Assembly (NCBI GenBank): GCA_964016885.1
Contig: OZ024741.1
Span: forward strand, 205,902,001-205,966,000
DNA from: Eledone cirrhosa
Taxonomy: Eukaryota
Reading direction: 5' to 3'
Length of the DNA stretch: 64,000 bases
The notes below the pieces were generated by a model. It was not told the DNA's origin and did no database searches. It saw nothing but the letters and a program-made list of their open reading frames with translations. The stretch's first letter is position 1. The number at the start of each line of letters is the position of its first letter. A program made the translations under genes and the position numbers. Positions 1 to 12,800 of this stretch are shown one piece after another.

Positions 1-101
1 AGGTTGACTTTGCCTTTCATCCTTACGGGGTCGATAAAATAAAGTACCAGTAATGCACTGGGTAATTGCTGGCCTTGTGCCAAAAAGTAGAAACAATTAT
101 T
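1..101 (+). mobile_element. tRNA-derived SINE, 3' part (cut by window edge), short-variant subfamily
   Basis: Core TTGCCTTTCATCCTTACGGGGTCGATAAAATAAAGTACCAGT and tail TTGCTGGCCTTGTGCCAAAAAGTAGAAACAATTATT, nearly identical to copies at 41.5, 42.9 and 54.5 kb. Confidence 0.85.
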
Positions 102-299
102 TTAAAATAATTATTTTTAAACAATTATTATTTTAAAAATTAGGTAGTAACATGTGCTTACGCCGTATTTGAGTAAATAGAATTAGTCTGTTAGTTGGTA
201 TTTTAAAAAACTCTCTGAATGGAAAAAAGGATGAGTATTGACGTACTTTGTAAACAAAGCCCTCTTTGTGTCTCTCTATTTATAATTATTATTTTGTTT

Positions 300-1730
300 G
301 TTCGTCTATTAACACGTGTGTGTAGTAAGTTTGTTGTTTATTCATATTGTTATAGAATGAATTTTGTCGGACACTTGTCATTGTTTTGTGATTAAATTAA
401 CGGGGATTCTGGTGAGCTGTATGTAGCCTTTAAGGGCTAATTCTGCGCCTTTGAATTTTATGGGAAAAACATGGAGACAAAAAACTTTCCCCACAGTATA
501 TATTGATTTTCCAACATTAAAAATTGTAACACCGTTTCCGCCATTATCACCAGAACAGCAAAAAAGCCAACACAACCAAAAACAATAGCACAACTCGTAA
601 ATTTATTTGGAGCAGTGACAGTAATATTTACTACCGTACAGGAGGCCAAATCCCACATCTTAACACTAGTAAGGAGTAAGGATTTCAACCTACTACCTGA
701 CTATTGTGGCCTAAGATCAGCGAAGATCTGGATGTCTTTCGTACCGCCCGAAATATCCATTCTTTGGCTAGTAGCAGCTATCCTCATTAACCCGGAGGAC
801 AAAACAGTCATTCTAAGTAAAAAGAGAGAGTGGTCCGGAATGGAGATGACACTACTGATCCAAACAGACCAAGAGTGCATTGAGGCTATCCACGATATAA
901 TAGTCCTTTCAGACGGCACTCGTGAAGGTGGAGGGAAGAAAGCCATATCGTTACAGATGTAACGCAAAGCAACAATCTAAAATCTTTCTGCCCACAGTTG
1001 GCCACGAGGGAGAAAATGCCTCTGTTCTATCAACACTAAATCATTTACAGTTAACAAAAACACAAGCCACGGCCGCCACATTAACTACCACAACATCAGC
1101 AGCAACGATAATAGTAACAACAGCATTGTGGAGTGTCAAACTAACTTCCACAAAAAATGGAAAAAACTTTCTGACTTCACTCACAAAAACGTGGGCAGAA
1201 GAAAAAAAGTTAAAGCCACAAAGCACACAGCTCCAAACTAATACTTACTTAATCATAAGTACTATCACAACAACCATTAACAACAACACCACCAGCATCA
1301 TCATCACAGACGCCACAGATACCAGCAACATCTCAAGCACAACAAAAATGTCATTCCCAACAACAATAGCAAATGCAAACTTAACAAGTCAAATTACACA
1401 CACACACACACACACAAAAAGAAAGAACCGAAAATTTAATGCACCACAAAGACCAATACAGAAAGTTACTACATCACACCGACAATCACCATGAGATAAA
1501 AAGTCACCTAAACAGCACATGGTACTTATACAAACATAAAACTGAAATTCCCTAATGCATTTGGAGACTTCCGTGGGTCCATGAGTAAAAGAATATAGAA
1601 CGATATTCTTGTTGCAACACCGAAAATTAGCCGGAAGGACAGATCAGCCGCCCTTCCTCCTCGTAAGAGCTTTTTGGAAAGGGATTTTAATGGAAATGGC
1701 TAGAACCTAAGACGTTTTCGTCTAAAATCT
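300..1730 (+). pseudogene. Degraded 5' UTR + ORF1 (gag-like) of an L1/Tx1-clade non-LTR retrotransposon; ORF2 absent
   Basis: ORF 615-962 (TVIFTTVQEAKSHILTLVRSKDFNLLPDYCGLRSAKIW) aligns by eye with ORF1 at 62307 (AIIMKNESAAKKCALSPIRSKNFTFYPSYMGKRTQRIW). VEGRKPYRYRC matches VEGRRPSCHIC (decayed zinc knuckle), followed by a Thr/Asn-rich tract. Frameshifted; boundaries approximate. Confidence 0.7.
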
Positions 1731-1997
1731 AAGAGTCACAGACAAATAAATAATTTCATTGATTCTTCAATTTTATAAAAAATATCCAACTATGTTAATC
1801 GTAAGATTTTCGTGGTATTATGTCCTTCAAAGATGGAAGTATCTGGACCCACTGCTCTGGGTAGGAATATAGTGATCATTGGTATTTATACTCTAGTTCA
1901 TCCTTAAATCACATTTGGGTCATTCTCAATCTTACGTATTGATTGAAGAAACCCGGAAGACACGAGCATCAGTCGTTTAAATCGGCGCTAATGCTTT

Positions 1998-2105
1998 ATT
2001 AGTTCTTATCTTATCGATCTTTGAAGGCTTGAAAGCTAAGTTGACTCTGATGTGATTTGAACTCGGAAGGTAAAGGCTGGAATTAAATACTGCGAGGGAT
2101 TTACA
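1998..2105 (-). mobile_element. Old, highly diverged SINE copy
   Basis: Plus strand TTATCGATCTTTGAAGGCTTGAAAGCTAAGTTGACTC..GATTTGAACTCGGAAGGTAAAGG is the degenerate reverse complement of the SINE core and B box. Confidence 0.55.
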
Positions 2106-2491
2106 CTGCTTATCGAATATTCAATATCGACAAAATATTCAATGATGTCAAAGAATTCAATCCAACGCCTCATTCATTGTATTTGCTTCTTATCATATAA
2201 GAAAAGAAGCTTGTTATTCAAATACAGTCTACTTAGACGAAATGGAAATAATTATTAAAAACTTCACCATTATAGAAATATATGGTTAAGTAATATGAAG
2301 AGTATAATGAGTTGGGTTTATCTGGAAATAATCTAATGTTTTGGCAGTTTCCATTAAAGTATCTTTATATTACACAAAATAAATCAATTCACAAAAAAGC
2401 ATTTATCTACAATAATTTTGAATAATGAGATCATCACATACGATATAACTAAGTAAATAAAGAAACAAATAAATAGATAAATAAACAATTG

Positions 2492-2664
2492 TTCCTACAC
2501 AAGTCCAGCAATTCGAAGCGAAGGAGAAAGTCGATTAAATCAACTACAGTGCGTTACAGATAAAAGGCAAAGCTAAACTTGGAAGGATTTGAACCCAGAA
2601 TGTAATGGACCGTAACTATATGCCATAAAGCATGTTGTTCGACACTCTACCGATACTGTCAATT
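2492..2664 (-). mobile_element. tRNA-derived SINE with internal deletion
   Basis: Reverse complement shows head (TTGACAGTATCGGTAGAGTGTCGAACAACATGCTT), B box (GGGTTCAAATCC), TTTGCCTTT and tail (AATTGCTGGACTTGTGTAGGAA). Confidence 0.8.
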
Positions 2665-2704
2665 CATCATCCTATAGTTTCAATATTCTGAAGCAGGACT
2701 AGAA

Positions 2705-3375
2705 AAAAAAAAATGACTGCATTAGAATACACTATCCAAAACCAGATGTAAAAAAGATAATACTTACCACGAACATAAGGTGAAAGCGGCCTTTTGCAAC
2801 TAGAAAACAAGATACTTTTCCAGTCGCCTACTAACTCTAAAGATTGGAAGGTTAATAGAAAGAATTACAAAAACATCTAAGGAAGAATAATGGAAAGTTA
2901 ATATAAATAGTCATGAAACATGAACAAAACAAAAAATTGTTTTCAGGGAAGCCAACAAATTCAAAACGTAAACTGATTGGACAGATAATTATAAAGAAAA
3001 CGAAAACAATCAAAAAGCAACAAAAACTGCGAAAAAGAAAATACCTTAATTGAAAACAGATCTCCAAAATACTAGGTTTCAGCCTAGTATTTTGGAGATC
3101 CGTTTTAAAAAAAGATGGCAAAAAAGCAAAAAAAAAAGCCCCCAAAAACTGAAAAAGAAGGAAGTGGACAGAAAGGGCTAAGAAGCTTTGGCCGTATATA
3201 TATAAAGTTCTTCATGAGTTACGGCCGCTCAAATAAAATCAAAATTATTTCAGCTGCCACTATTTCTATTTTTTGCTCAGGAACGACGTACCTAAGTCTG
3301 CATTATCCTTACCGTGACTAAAGGAATTCTCATTGCACCACAGCATCAAAGCCTCTCCACCCGAAACCATAAAAA
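2705..3375 (+). pseudogene. Highly degraded R4/Dong-like LINE fragment (region C-terminal to RT)
   Basis: Translated remnants HYPKPDV, GLLQLE, KHEQNKKLFS..EANKFK and GILIAPQHQSLSTRN match, in order, MHHPKAAV, EQMKKLHSITKEASKF and GLLVAAQDQSLNTRAY of the element at 46.8-47.3 kb. Confidence 0.55.
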
Positions 3376-3830
3376 TCTATCACCCAAAAGTTTCATAGGA
3401 TTATAATCCAACTTATTCACAACTAGTACGTTTTCTCTTCTTCCTAATTCAGTTGATCCATTAAATTTTCATTGACTGTTCCAAGAGTCATGAATTGCTC
3501 CCGGTTCCAAGGAGAGAAGGGGTTCCTCTTTCTATATTTTATTTACCTCCATTTTGGGCTAACACTTTCTCTTTTGCATTTCTTTCGCAGTATTCAACAA
3601 TTTGCTACATTATTTATCCTGCACAGACTCACCATTATTGCACTACACATAACACACGGTAAAACCATTACAAGCACATATAGGGTGACTAAAAATAAAC
3701 TGGCCCCATTTTTATTTTTGTCTACATTATGCATTGTTTGGCAAAACTGATGAAATTCGGAATATATGTACTTTAAATTCTTAAGAACAACATATAAAAA
3801 TTCACTATCTTCTGATGATTATGCTCAGAA

Positions 3831-6800
3831 TATGCATATGTTCCAAGTGATCTGCATATGTCCCAAGTGATCTGCATTTGTTCCAAGTGATCTGCATATG
3901 TTCCAAGTGATCTGCATTTGTTCAAAGTGATCTGCATATGTTCCAAGTGATCTGCATATGTTCCAAGTGATCTGCATATGTTCCAAGTGATCTGCATATG
4001 TTCCAAGTGATCTGCTATGTTCCAAGTGATCTGCATATGTTTCAAGTGATCTGCATATGTTCCAAGTGATCTGCTATGTTCCAAGTGATCTGCATTTGTT
4101 CCAAGTTATATGCATATGCTCCAAGTGATCTGCATATGTTCCAAGTGATCTGCTATGTTCCAAGTGATCTGCATTTGTTCCAAGTGATCTGCATTTGTTC
4201 CAAGTGATCTGCATTTGTTCCAAGTGATCTGCATATGTTCCAAGTGATCTGCATGTTCCAAGTGATCTGCATTTGTTCCAAATGATCTGCATATGTTCTA
4301 AGCGATCTGCATATGTTCCAAGTGATCTGCATATGTTCCAAGTGATCTGCATATGTTCCAAGTGATCTGCATTTGTTCCAAATGATCTGCATTTGTTCCA
4401 AGTGATCTGCATTTGTTCCAAGTGATCTGCATATGTTCCAAGTCATCTGCATATGTTCCAAGTGATCTGCCTATGTTCCAAGTGATCTGCATTTGTTCCA
4501 AGTGATCTGCATATGTTCCAAGTGATCTGCATATGTTCCAAGTGATCTGCATTTGATCCAATTGATCTGCATTTGATCCAATTGATCTGCATTTGTTCCA
4601 AGTGATCTGCATTTGTTCCAAGTGATCTGCATTTGTTCCAAGTGATCTGCATATGTTCCAAGTGATCTGCATATGTTCCAAGTGATCTGCATATGTTCCA
4701 AGTGATCTGCATTTGTTTCAAGTGATCCTCATTTGTTCCAAGTGATCTGCATTTGTTCCAAGAGATCTGCATATGTTCCAAGTGATCAGTATATGTTCCA
4801 AGTCATCTGCATTTGTTCCAAGTGATCTGCATTTGATCCAATTGATCTGCATTTGTTCCAAGTGATCTGCATTTGTTCCAAATAATCTGCATATGTTCCA
4901 AGTGATCTGCATATGTTCCAAGGGATCTGCATATGTTCCAAGTGATATGCATTTGTTCCAACTCCTCTGTATTTGTTCCAAGTGATGTGCATTTTTTCCA
5001 AGTGATCTGCATTTGTTCCAAACGATCTGCATTTGTTCCAAGTGATCTGCATATGTTCCATGTGATCTGCATATGTTCCAAGTGATCTGCATTTGTTCCA
5101 TCCAAGTGATCTGCATTTGTTCCAAACGATCTGCATTTGTTCCAAGTGATCTGCATATGTTCCATGTGATCTGCATATGTTCCAAGTGATCTGCATTTGT
5201 TCCAAGTGATCTGCATTTGTTTCCAGTAATTTGCATATGTTCCAAGCGATCTGCATTTGTTCCAAGTGATTTGCATATGTTCCAAGTGACCTGGATTTGT
5301 TCCAAAGGATCTGTATTTGTTCCAAGTGATCTACATTTGTTCCAAGTGATCTGCATATGTTCCAAGTGATCTGAATATGTTCCAAGTGATCTGCATTTGT
5401 TCCAAGTGATCTGCATTTGTTCCAAGTGATCTGCATATGTTTCAAATGATCTGCATATGTTCCAAGTGATATGCATATGTTCCAAGTGATCTGCATTTGT
5501 TCCAAGTGATCCGCATTTGTTCCAAGTGATCTGCCTATGTTCCAAGTGATCTGCATATGTTCCAAGTGATCTGCTATGTTCCAAGTGATCTGCATATGTT
5601 CCAAGTGATCTGCATATGTTCCAAGTGATCTGCTATGTTCCAAGTGATCTGCATATGTTCCAAGTGATCTGCATATGTTCCAAGTGATCTGCATTTGTTC
5701 CAAGTTATATGCATATGTTCCAAGTGATCTGCATATGTTCCAAGTGATCTGCTATGTTCCAAGTGATCTGCATTTGTTCCAAGTGATCTGCATTTGTTCC
5801 AAGTGATCTGCATTTGTTCCAAGTGATCTGCATATGTTCCAAGTGATCAGCATGTTCCAAGTGATCTGCATTTGTTCCAAGTGATCTGAATTTGTTCCAA
5901 ATGATCTGCATATGTTCTAAGCGATCTGCATATGTTCCAAGTGATCTGCATATGTTCCAAGTGATCTGCATATGTCCCAAGTGATCTGCATTTGTTCCAA
6001 ATGATCTGCATTTGTTCCAAGTGATCTGCATTTATTCCAAGTGATCTGCATATGTTCCAAGTGATCTGCATATGTTCCAAGTGATCTGCATTTGATCCAA
6101 TTGATCTGCATTTGATCCAATTGATCTGCATTTGTTCCAAGTGATCTGCATTTGTTCCAAGTGATCTGCATTTGTTCCAAGTGATCTGCATATGTTCCAA
6201 GTGATCTGCATATGTTCCAAGTGATCTGCATATGTTCCAAGTGATCTGCATTTGTTTCAAGTGATCCTCATTTGTTCCAAGTGATCTGCATTTGTTCCAA
6301 GAGATCTGCATATGTTCCAAGTGATCAGTATATGTTCCAAGTCATCTGCATTTGTTCCAAATGATCTGCATTTGATCCAATTGATCTGAATTTGTTCCAA
6401 GTGATCTGCATTTGTTCCAAATAATCTGCATATGTTCCAAGTGATCTGCATATGTTCCAAGGGATCTGCATATGTTCCAAGTGATATGCATTTGTTCCAA
6501 CTCCTCTGTATTTGTTCCAAGTGATGTGCATTTTTTCCAAGTGATCTGCATTTGTTCCAAACGATCTGCATTTGTTCCAAGTGATCTGCATATGTTCCAT
6601 GTGATCTGCATATGTTCCAAGTGATCTGCATTTGTTCCATCCAAGTGATCTGCATTTGTTCCAAACGATCTGCATTTGTTCCAAGTGATCTGCATATGTT
6701 CCATGTGATCTGCATATGTTCCAAGTGATCTGCATTTGTTCCAAGTGATCTGCATTTGTTCCCAGTAATCTGCATATGTTCCAAGCGATCTGCATTTGTT

Positions 6801-9800
6801 CCAAGTGATTTGCATATGTTCCAAGTGACCTGGATTTGTTCCAAAGGATCTGTATTTGTTCCAAGTGATCTACATTTGTTCCAAGTGATCTGCATATGTT
6901 CCAAGTGATCTGAATATGTTCCAAGTGATCTGCATTTGTTCCAAGTGATCTGCATTTGTTCCAAGTGATCTGCATATGTTTCAAATGATCTGCATATGTT
7001 CCAAGTGATATGCATATGTTCCAAGTGATCTGCATTTGTTCCAAGTGATCCGCATTTGTTCCAAGTGATCTGCCTATGTTCCAAGTGATCTGCATATGTT
7101 CCAAGTGATCTGCTATGTTCCAAGTGATCTGCATATGTTCCAAGTGATCTGCATATGTTCCAAGTGATCTGCTATGTTCCAAGTGATCTGCATATGTTCC
7201 AAGTGATCTGCATATGTTCCAAGTGATCTGCATTTGTTCCAAGTTATATGCATATGTTCCAAGTGATCTGCATATGTTCCAAGTGATCTGCTATGTTCCA
7301 AGTGATCTGCATTTGTTCCAAGTGATCTGCATTTGTTCCAAGTGATCTGCATTTGTTCCAAGTGATCTGCATATGTTCCAAGTGATCAGCATGTTCCAAG
7401 TGATCTGCATTTGTTCCAAGTGATCTGAATTTGTTCCAAATGATCTGCATATGTTCTAAGCGATCTGCATATGTTCCAAGTGATCTGCATATGTTCCAAG
7501 TGATCTGCATATGTCCCAAGTGATCTGCATTTGTTCCAAATGATCTGCATTTGTTCCAAGTGATCTGCATTTATTCCAAGTGATCTGCATATGTTCCAAG
7601 TGATCTGCATTTGATCCAATTGATCTGCATTTGTTACAAGTGATCTGCATTTGTTCCAAGTGATCTGCATTTGTTCCAAGTGATCTGCATATGTTCCAAG
7701 TGATCTGCATATGTTCCAAGTGATCTGCATATGTTCCAAGTGATCTGCATTTGTTTCAAGTGATCCTCATTTGTTCCAAGTGATCTGCATTTGTTCCAAG
7801 TGATCTGCATTTGTTCCAAGTGATCTGCATTTGTTCCCAGTAATCTGCATATGTTCCAAGCGATCTGCATTTGTTCCAAGTGATCTGCATATGTTCCAAG
7901 TGATCTGGATTTGTTCCAAATGATCTGTATTTGTTCCAAGTGATCTACATTTGTTCCAAGTGATCTGCATATGTTCCAAGTGATCTGAATATGTTCCAAG
8001 TGATCTGCATTTGTTCCAAGTGATCTGCATTTGTTCCAAGTGATCTGCATATGTTTCAAATGATCTGCATATGTTCCAAGTGATCTGCATATGTTCCAAG
8101 TGATCTGCATTTGTTCCAAGTGATCCGCATTTGTTCCAAGTGATCTGCCTATGTTCCAAGTGATCTGCATATGTTCCAAGTGATCTGCTATGTTCCAAGT
8201 GATCTGCATATGTTCCAAGTGATCTGCATATGTTCCAAGTGATCTGCTATGTTCCAAGTGATCTGCATATGTTCCAAGTGATCTGCATATGTTCCAAGTG
8301 ATCTGCATTTGTTCCAAGTTATATGCATATGTTCCAAGTGATCTGCATATGTTCCAAGTGATCTGCTATGTTCCAAGTGATCTGCATTTGTTCCAAGTGA
8401 TCTGCATTTGTTCCAAGTGATCTGCATTTGTTCCAAGTGATCTGCATATGTTCCAAGTGATCAGCATGTTCCAAGTGATCTGCATTTGTTCCAAGTGATC
8501 TGAATTTGTTCCAAATGATCTGCATATGTTCTAAGCGATCTGCATATGTTCCAAGTGATCTGCATATGTTCCAAGTGATCTGCATATGTCCCAAGTGATC
8601 TGCATTTGTTCCAAATGATCTGCATTTGTTCCAAGTGATCTGCATTTATTCCAAGTGATCTGCATATGTTCCAAGTGATCTGCATTTGATCCAATTGATC
8701 TGCATTTGTTACAAGTGATCTGCATTTGTTCCAAGTGATCTGCATTTGTTCCAAGTGATCTGCATATGTTCCAAGTGATCTGCATATGTTCCAAGTGATC
8801 TGCATATGTTCCAAGTGATCTGCATTTGTTTCAAGTGATCCTCATTTGTTCCAAGTGATCTGCATTTGTTCCAAGTGATCTGCATTTGTTCCAAGTGATC
8901 TGCATTTGTTCCCAGTAATCTGCATATGTTCCAAGCGATCTGCATTTGTTCCAAGTGATCTGCATATGTTCCAAGTGATCTGGATTTGTTCCAAATGATC
9001 TGTATTTGTTCCAAGTGATCTACATTTGTTCCAAGTGATCTGCATATGTTCCAAGTGATCTGAATATGTTCCAAGTGATCTGCATTTGTTCCAAGTGATC
9101 TGCATTTGTTCCAAGTGATCTGCATATGTTTCAAATGATCTGCATATGTTCCAAGTGATCTGCATATGTTCCAAGTGATCTGCATTTGTTCCAAGTGATC
9201 CGCATTTGTTCCAAGTGATCTGCCTATGTTCCAAGTGATCTGCATATGTTCCAAGTGATCTGCATTTGTTCCAAGTGATCTGCATTTGTTCCAAGTGATC
9301 TGCATTTGTTCCGAGTGATCTGCAATCTTCTAAGTGATCTGCATTTGTTCCAAGTGATCTGCATTTGTTCCAAATGATCTGCATATGTTCCAAGTGATCT
9401 GTATATGTTCCAGGTGATCTTCATATGTTCCAAGTGATCTTCATATGTTCCAAGTGATCTGCATTTGTTCCAAATGATCTGCATTTGTTCCAAGTGATCT
9501 GCATATGTTCCAAGTGATCTGCATTTGTTTCAATTGTTCCTCTTTTGTTCCAAGAGATATGCCTTTGTGCCAAGTGATCTGCATTTGTTGCCAGTGATCT
9601 GCATATGTTCTAAGCGATCTGCATATGTTCCAAGTGATCTGCATATGTTCCAAGTGATCTGCATATGTTCCAAGTGATCTGAATATGTTCCAAGTGATCT
9701 GCATTTGTTCCAAGTGATCTGCATTTGTTACAAGTTATCTTCATATGTTTCAAATGATCTGCATATGTTCCAAGTGATATGCATATGTTCCAAGTGATCT

Positions 9801-12800
9801 GCATTTGTTCCAAGTGATCCTCATTTGTTCCAAGTGATCTGCATTTGTTCCAAGTGATCTGCATATGTTCCAAGTGATCTGAATATGTTCCAAGTGATCT
9901 GCATTTGTTCCAAGTGATCCTCATTTGTTCCAAGTGATCTGCATATGTTCCAAGTGATATGCATATGTACCAAGTGATCTGTATATATTCCAAGTGATCT
10001 GCATTTGTTCCAAGTGATCTGCATTTGTTCCAAGTGATCTGCATTTTTTCCAAGTGATCCGCATACGTTCAAAGTGATGTGCATTTGTTCCAAGTGATCT
10101 GCATTTGATCCAAGTGATCTGCGTATGTTACAAGTGATCTGCATATGTTCCAAGTGATCTGCATATGTTCCAAATGATCTGCATTTGTTCCAAGTGATCT
10201 GAATTTGTTCCAAGTGATCTGCATATGTTCCAAGTGATCTGCATTTGTTCCAAGTGATCTGCATTTGTTCCAAGTGATCTGCATTTGTTCCAAGTGATTG
10301 GCATTTGTTCCAAGTGATCTGCATTTTTAGCAAGTGATCTGCATTTGTTCCAAGTGATCTGCATATGTTCCAAGTGATCTGCATTTGTTCCAATTGATCT
10401 GCATATGTTCCAAGTGATCTGCACATTTCCAAGTGATCTGCATTTGTTCCAAGTGATCTGCATTTGTTCCAAGTGATCTGCATTTGTTCCCAGTGATCTG
10501 CATATATTCTAAGCGATCTGCATTTGTTCCAAGTGATCTGCATATGTTCCAAGTGATCTGCATATGTTCCAAGTGATCTGCATTTGTTCCAAATGATGTG
10601 CATTTGTTCCAAGTGATCTACATTTGTTCCAAGTGATCTGCATATGTTCCAAGTGATGTGAATATGTTCCAAGTGATCTGCATTTGTTCCAAGTGATCTG
10701 CATTTGTTCCAAGTTATCTTCATATGTTTAAAATGATGAGCATATTTTCCAAGTGATATGCATATGTTCCAAGTGATCTGCATTTGTTCCAAGTGATCCG
10801 CATTTGTTCCAAGTGATCTGCATTTGTTCCAAGTGATCTGCATATGTTCCAAGTGATCTGTATATGTTCCTAGTGATCTGCATTTGTTCCAAGTGATCTC
10901 CATTTGTTCTAAGTGATCTGCATATGTTCCAAGTGATCTGCATTTGTTCCAAGTGATCTGCATTTGTTCCAATTGATCTGCATATGTTCCAAGTGCTCTG
11001 CATATGTTCCAAGTGATCTGCATTTGTTCCAAGTGATCTGCATTTGTTCCAAGTGATCTGCATATGTTCCAAGTGATCTGCATATGTTCCAAATGATCTG
11101 CGTATGTTCCAAGTGATCTGAATATGTTCCAAGTGATCTGCATTTGTTCCAAGTGATCTGCATTTGTTCCAAGCGATCTGCATATGTTCCAAGTGATCTG
11201 CATATGTTCCAAGTGATCTGCATTTGATCCAATTGATCTGCATTTGTTCCAAGTGATCTGCATTTGTTCCAAGTGATCTGTATTTGTTCCAAGTAATCAG
11301 CATATGTTCCAAGTGATCTGCATATGTTCCAAGTGATCTGCATTTGTTCCAAGTGATCCTCATTGGTTCCAAGTGATCTGCCTTTGTTCCAAGTGAACTG
11401 CATATGTTCCAAGTGATCTGTATATGTTACAAGTGATCTGCATATGTTCTAAGCGATCTGCATATGTTCCAAGTGATCTGCATATGTTCCAAGTGATCTG
11501 CATATGTTCCAAGTGATCTGCATTTGTTCCAAATGATCTGCATTTGTTCCAAGTGATCTGCATATGTTCCAAGTGATCTGCATATGTTCCAAGTGATCTG
11601 CATATGTTCCAAGTGATCTGCCTATGTTCCAAGTGATCTGCATTTGTTCCAAGTGATATGCATATGTTCCAAGTGATCTGCATATGTTCCAAGTGATCTG
11701 CATTTGATCCAATTGATCTGCATTTGATCCAATTGATCTGCATTTGTTCCAAGTGATCTGCATTTGTTCCAAGTGATCTGCATTTGTTCCAAGTGATCTG
11801 CATATGTTCCAAGTGATCTGCATATGTTCCAAGTGATCTGCATATGTTCCAAGTGATCTGCATTTGTTTCAAGTGATCCTCATTTGTTCCAAGTGATCTG
11901 CATTTGTTCCAAGAGATCTGCATATGTTCCAAGTGATCAGTATATGTTCCAAGTCATCTGCATTTGTTCCAAGTGATCTGTATTTGATCCAATTGATCTG
12001 CATTTGTTCTAAGTGATCTGCATTTGTTCCAAATAATCTGCATATGTTCCAAGTGATCTGCATATGTTCCAAGGGATCTGCATATGTTCCAAGTGACATG
12101 CATTTGTTCCAACTCCTCTGTATTTGTTCCAAGTGATCTGCATTTTTTCCAAGTGATCTGCATTTGTTCCAAACGATCTGCATTTGTTCCAAGTGATCTG
12201 CATATGTTCCATGTGATCTGCATATGTTCCAAGTGATCTGCATTTGTTCCATCCAAGTGATCTGCATTTGTTCCAAACGATCTGCATTTGTTCCAAGTGA
12301 TCTGCATATGTTCCATGTGATCTGCATATGTTCCAAGTGATCTGCATTTGTTCCAAGTGATCTGCATTTGTTCCCAGTAATCTGCATATGTTCCAAGCGA
12401 TCTGCATTTGTTCCAAGTGATCTGCATATGTTCCAAGTGACCTGGATTTGTTCCAAATGATCTGTATTTGTTCCAAGTGATCTGCATTTGTTCCAAGTGA
12501 TCTGCATATGTTTCAAATGATCTGCATATGTTCCAAGTGATATGCATATGTTCCAAGTGATCTGCATTTGTTCCAAGTGATCCGCATTTGTTCCAAGTGA
12601 TCTGCCTATGTTCCAAGTGATCTGCATATGTTCCAAGTGATCTGCTATGTTCCAAGTGATCTGCATATGTTCCAAGTGATCTGCATATGTTCCAAGTGAT
12701 CTGCTATGTTCCAAGTGATCTGCATATGTTCCAAGTGATCTGCATATGTTCCAAGTGATCTGCTATGTTCCAAGTGATCTGCATTTGTTCCAAGTGATCT

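Noticed and set aside
3679-3830. Tc1/mariner-like end (TA-TAGGGTGACTAAAAATAAACTGGCCCC) just left of the satellite, suggesting the array grew inside a transposon
   Set aside because: I found no matching inverted end to the right of the array; one degenerate motif is insufficient.
3745-3835. Two CTGATGA motifs near the left satellite boundary as possible hammerheads
   Set aside because: No downstream GAAA with pairable stems I-III.
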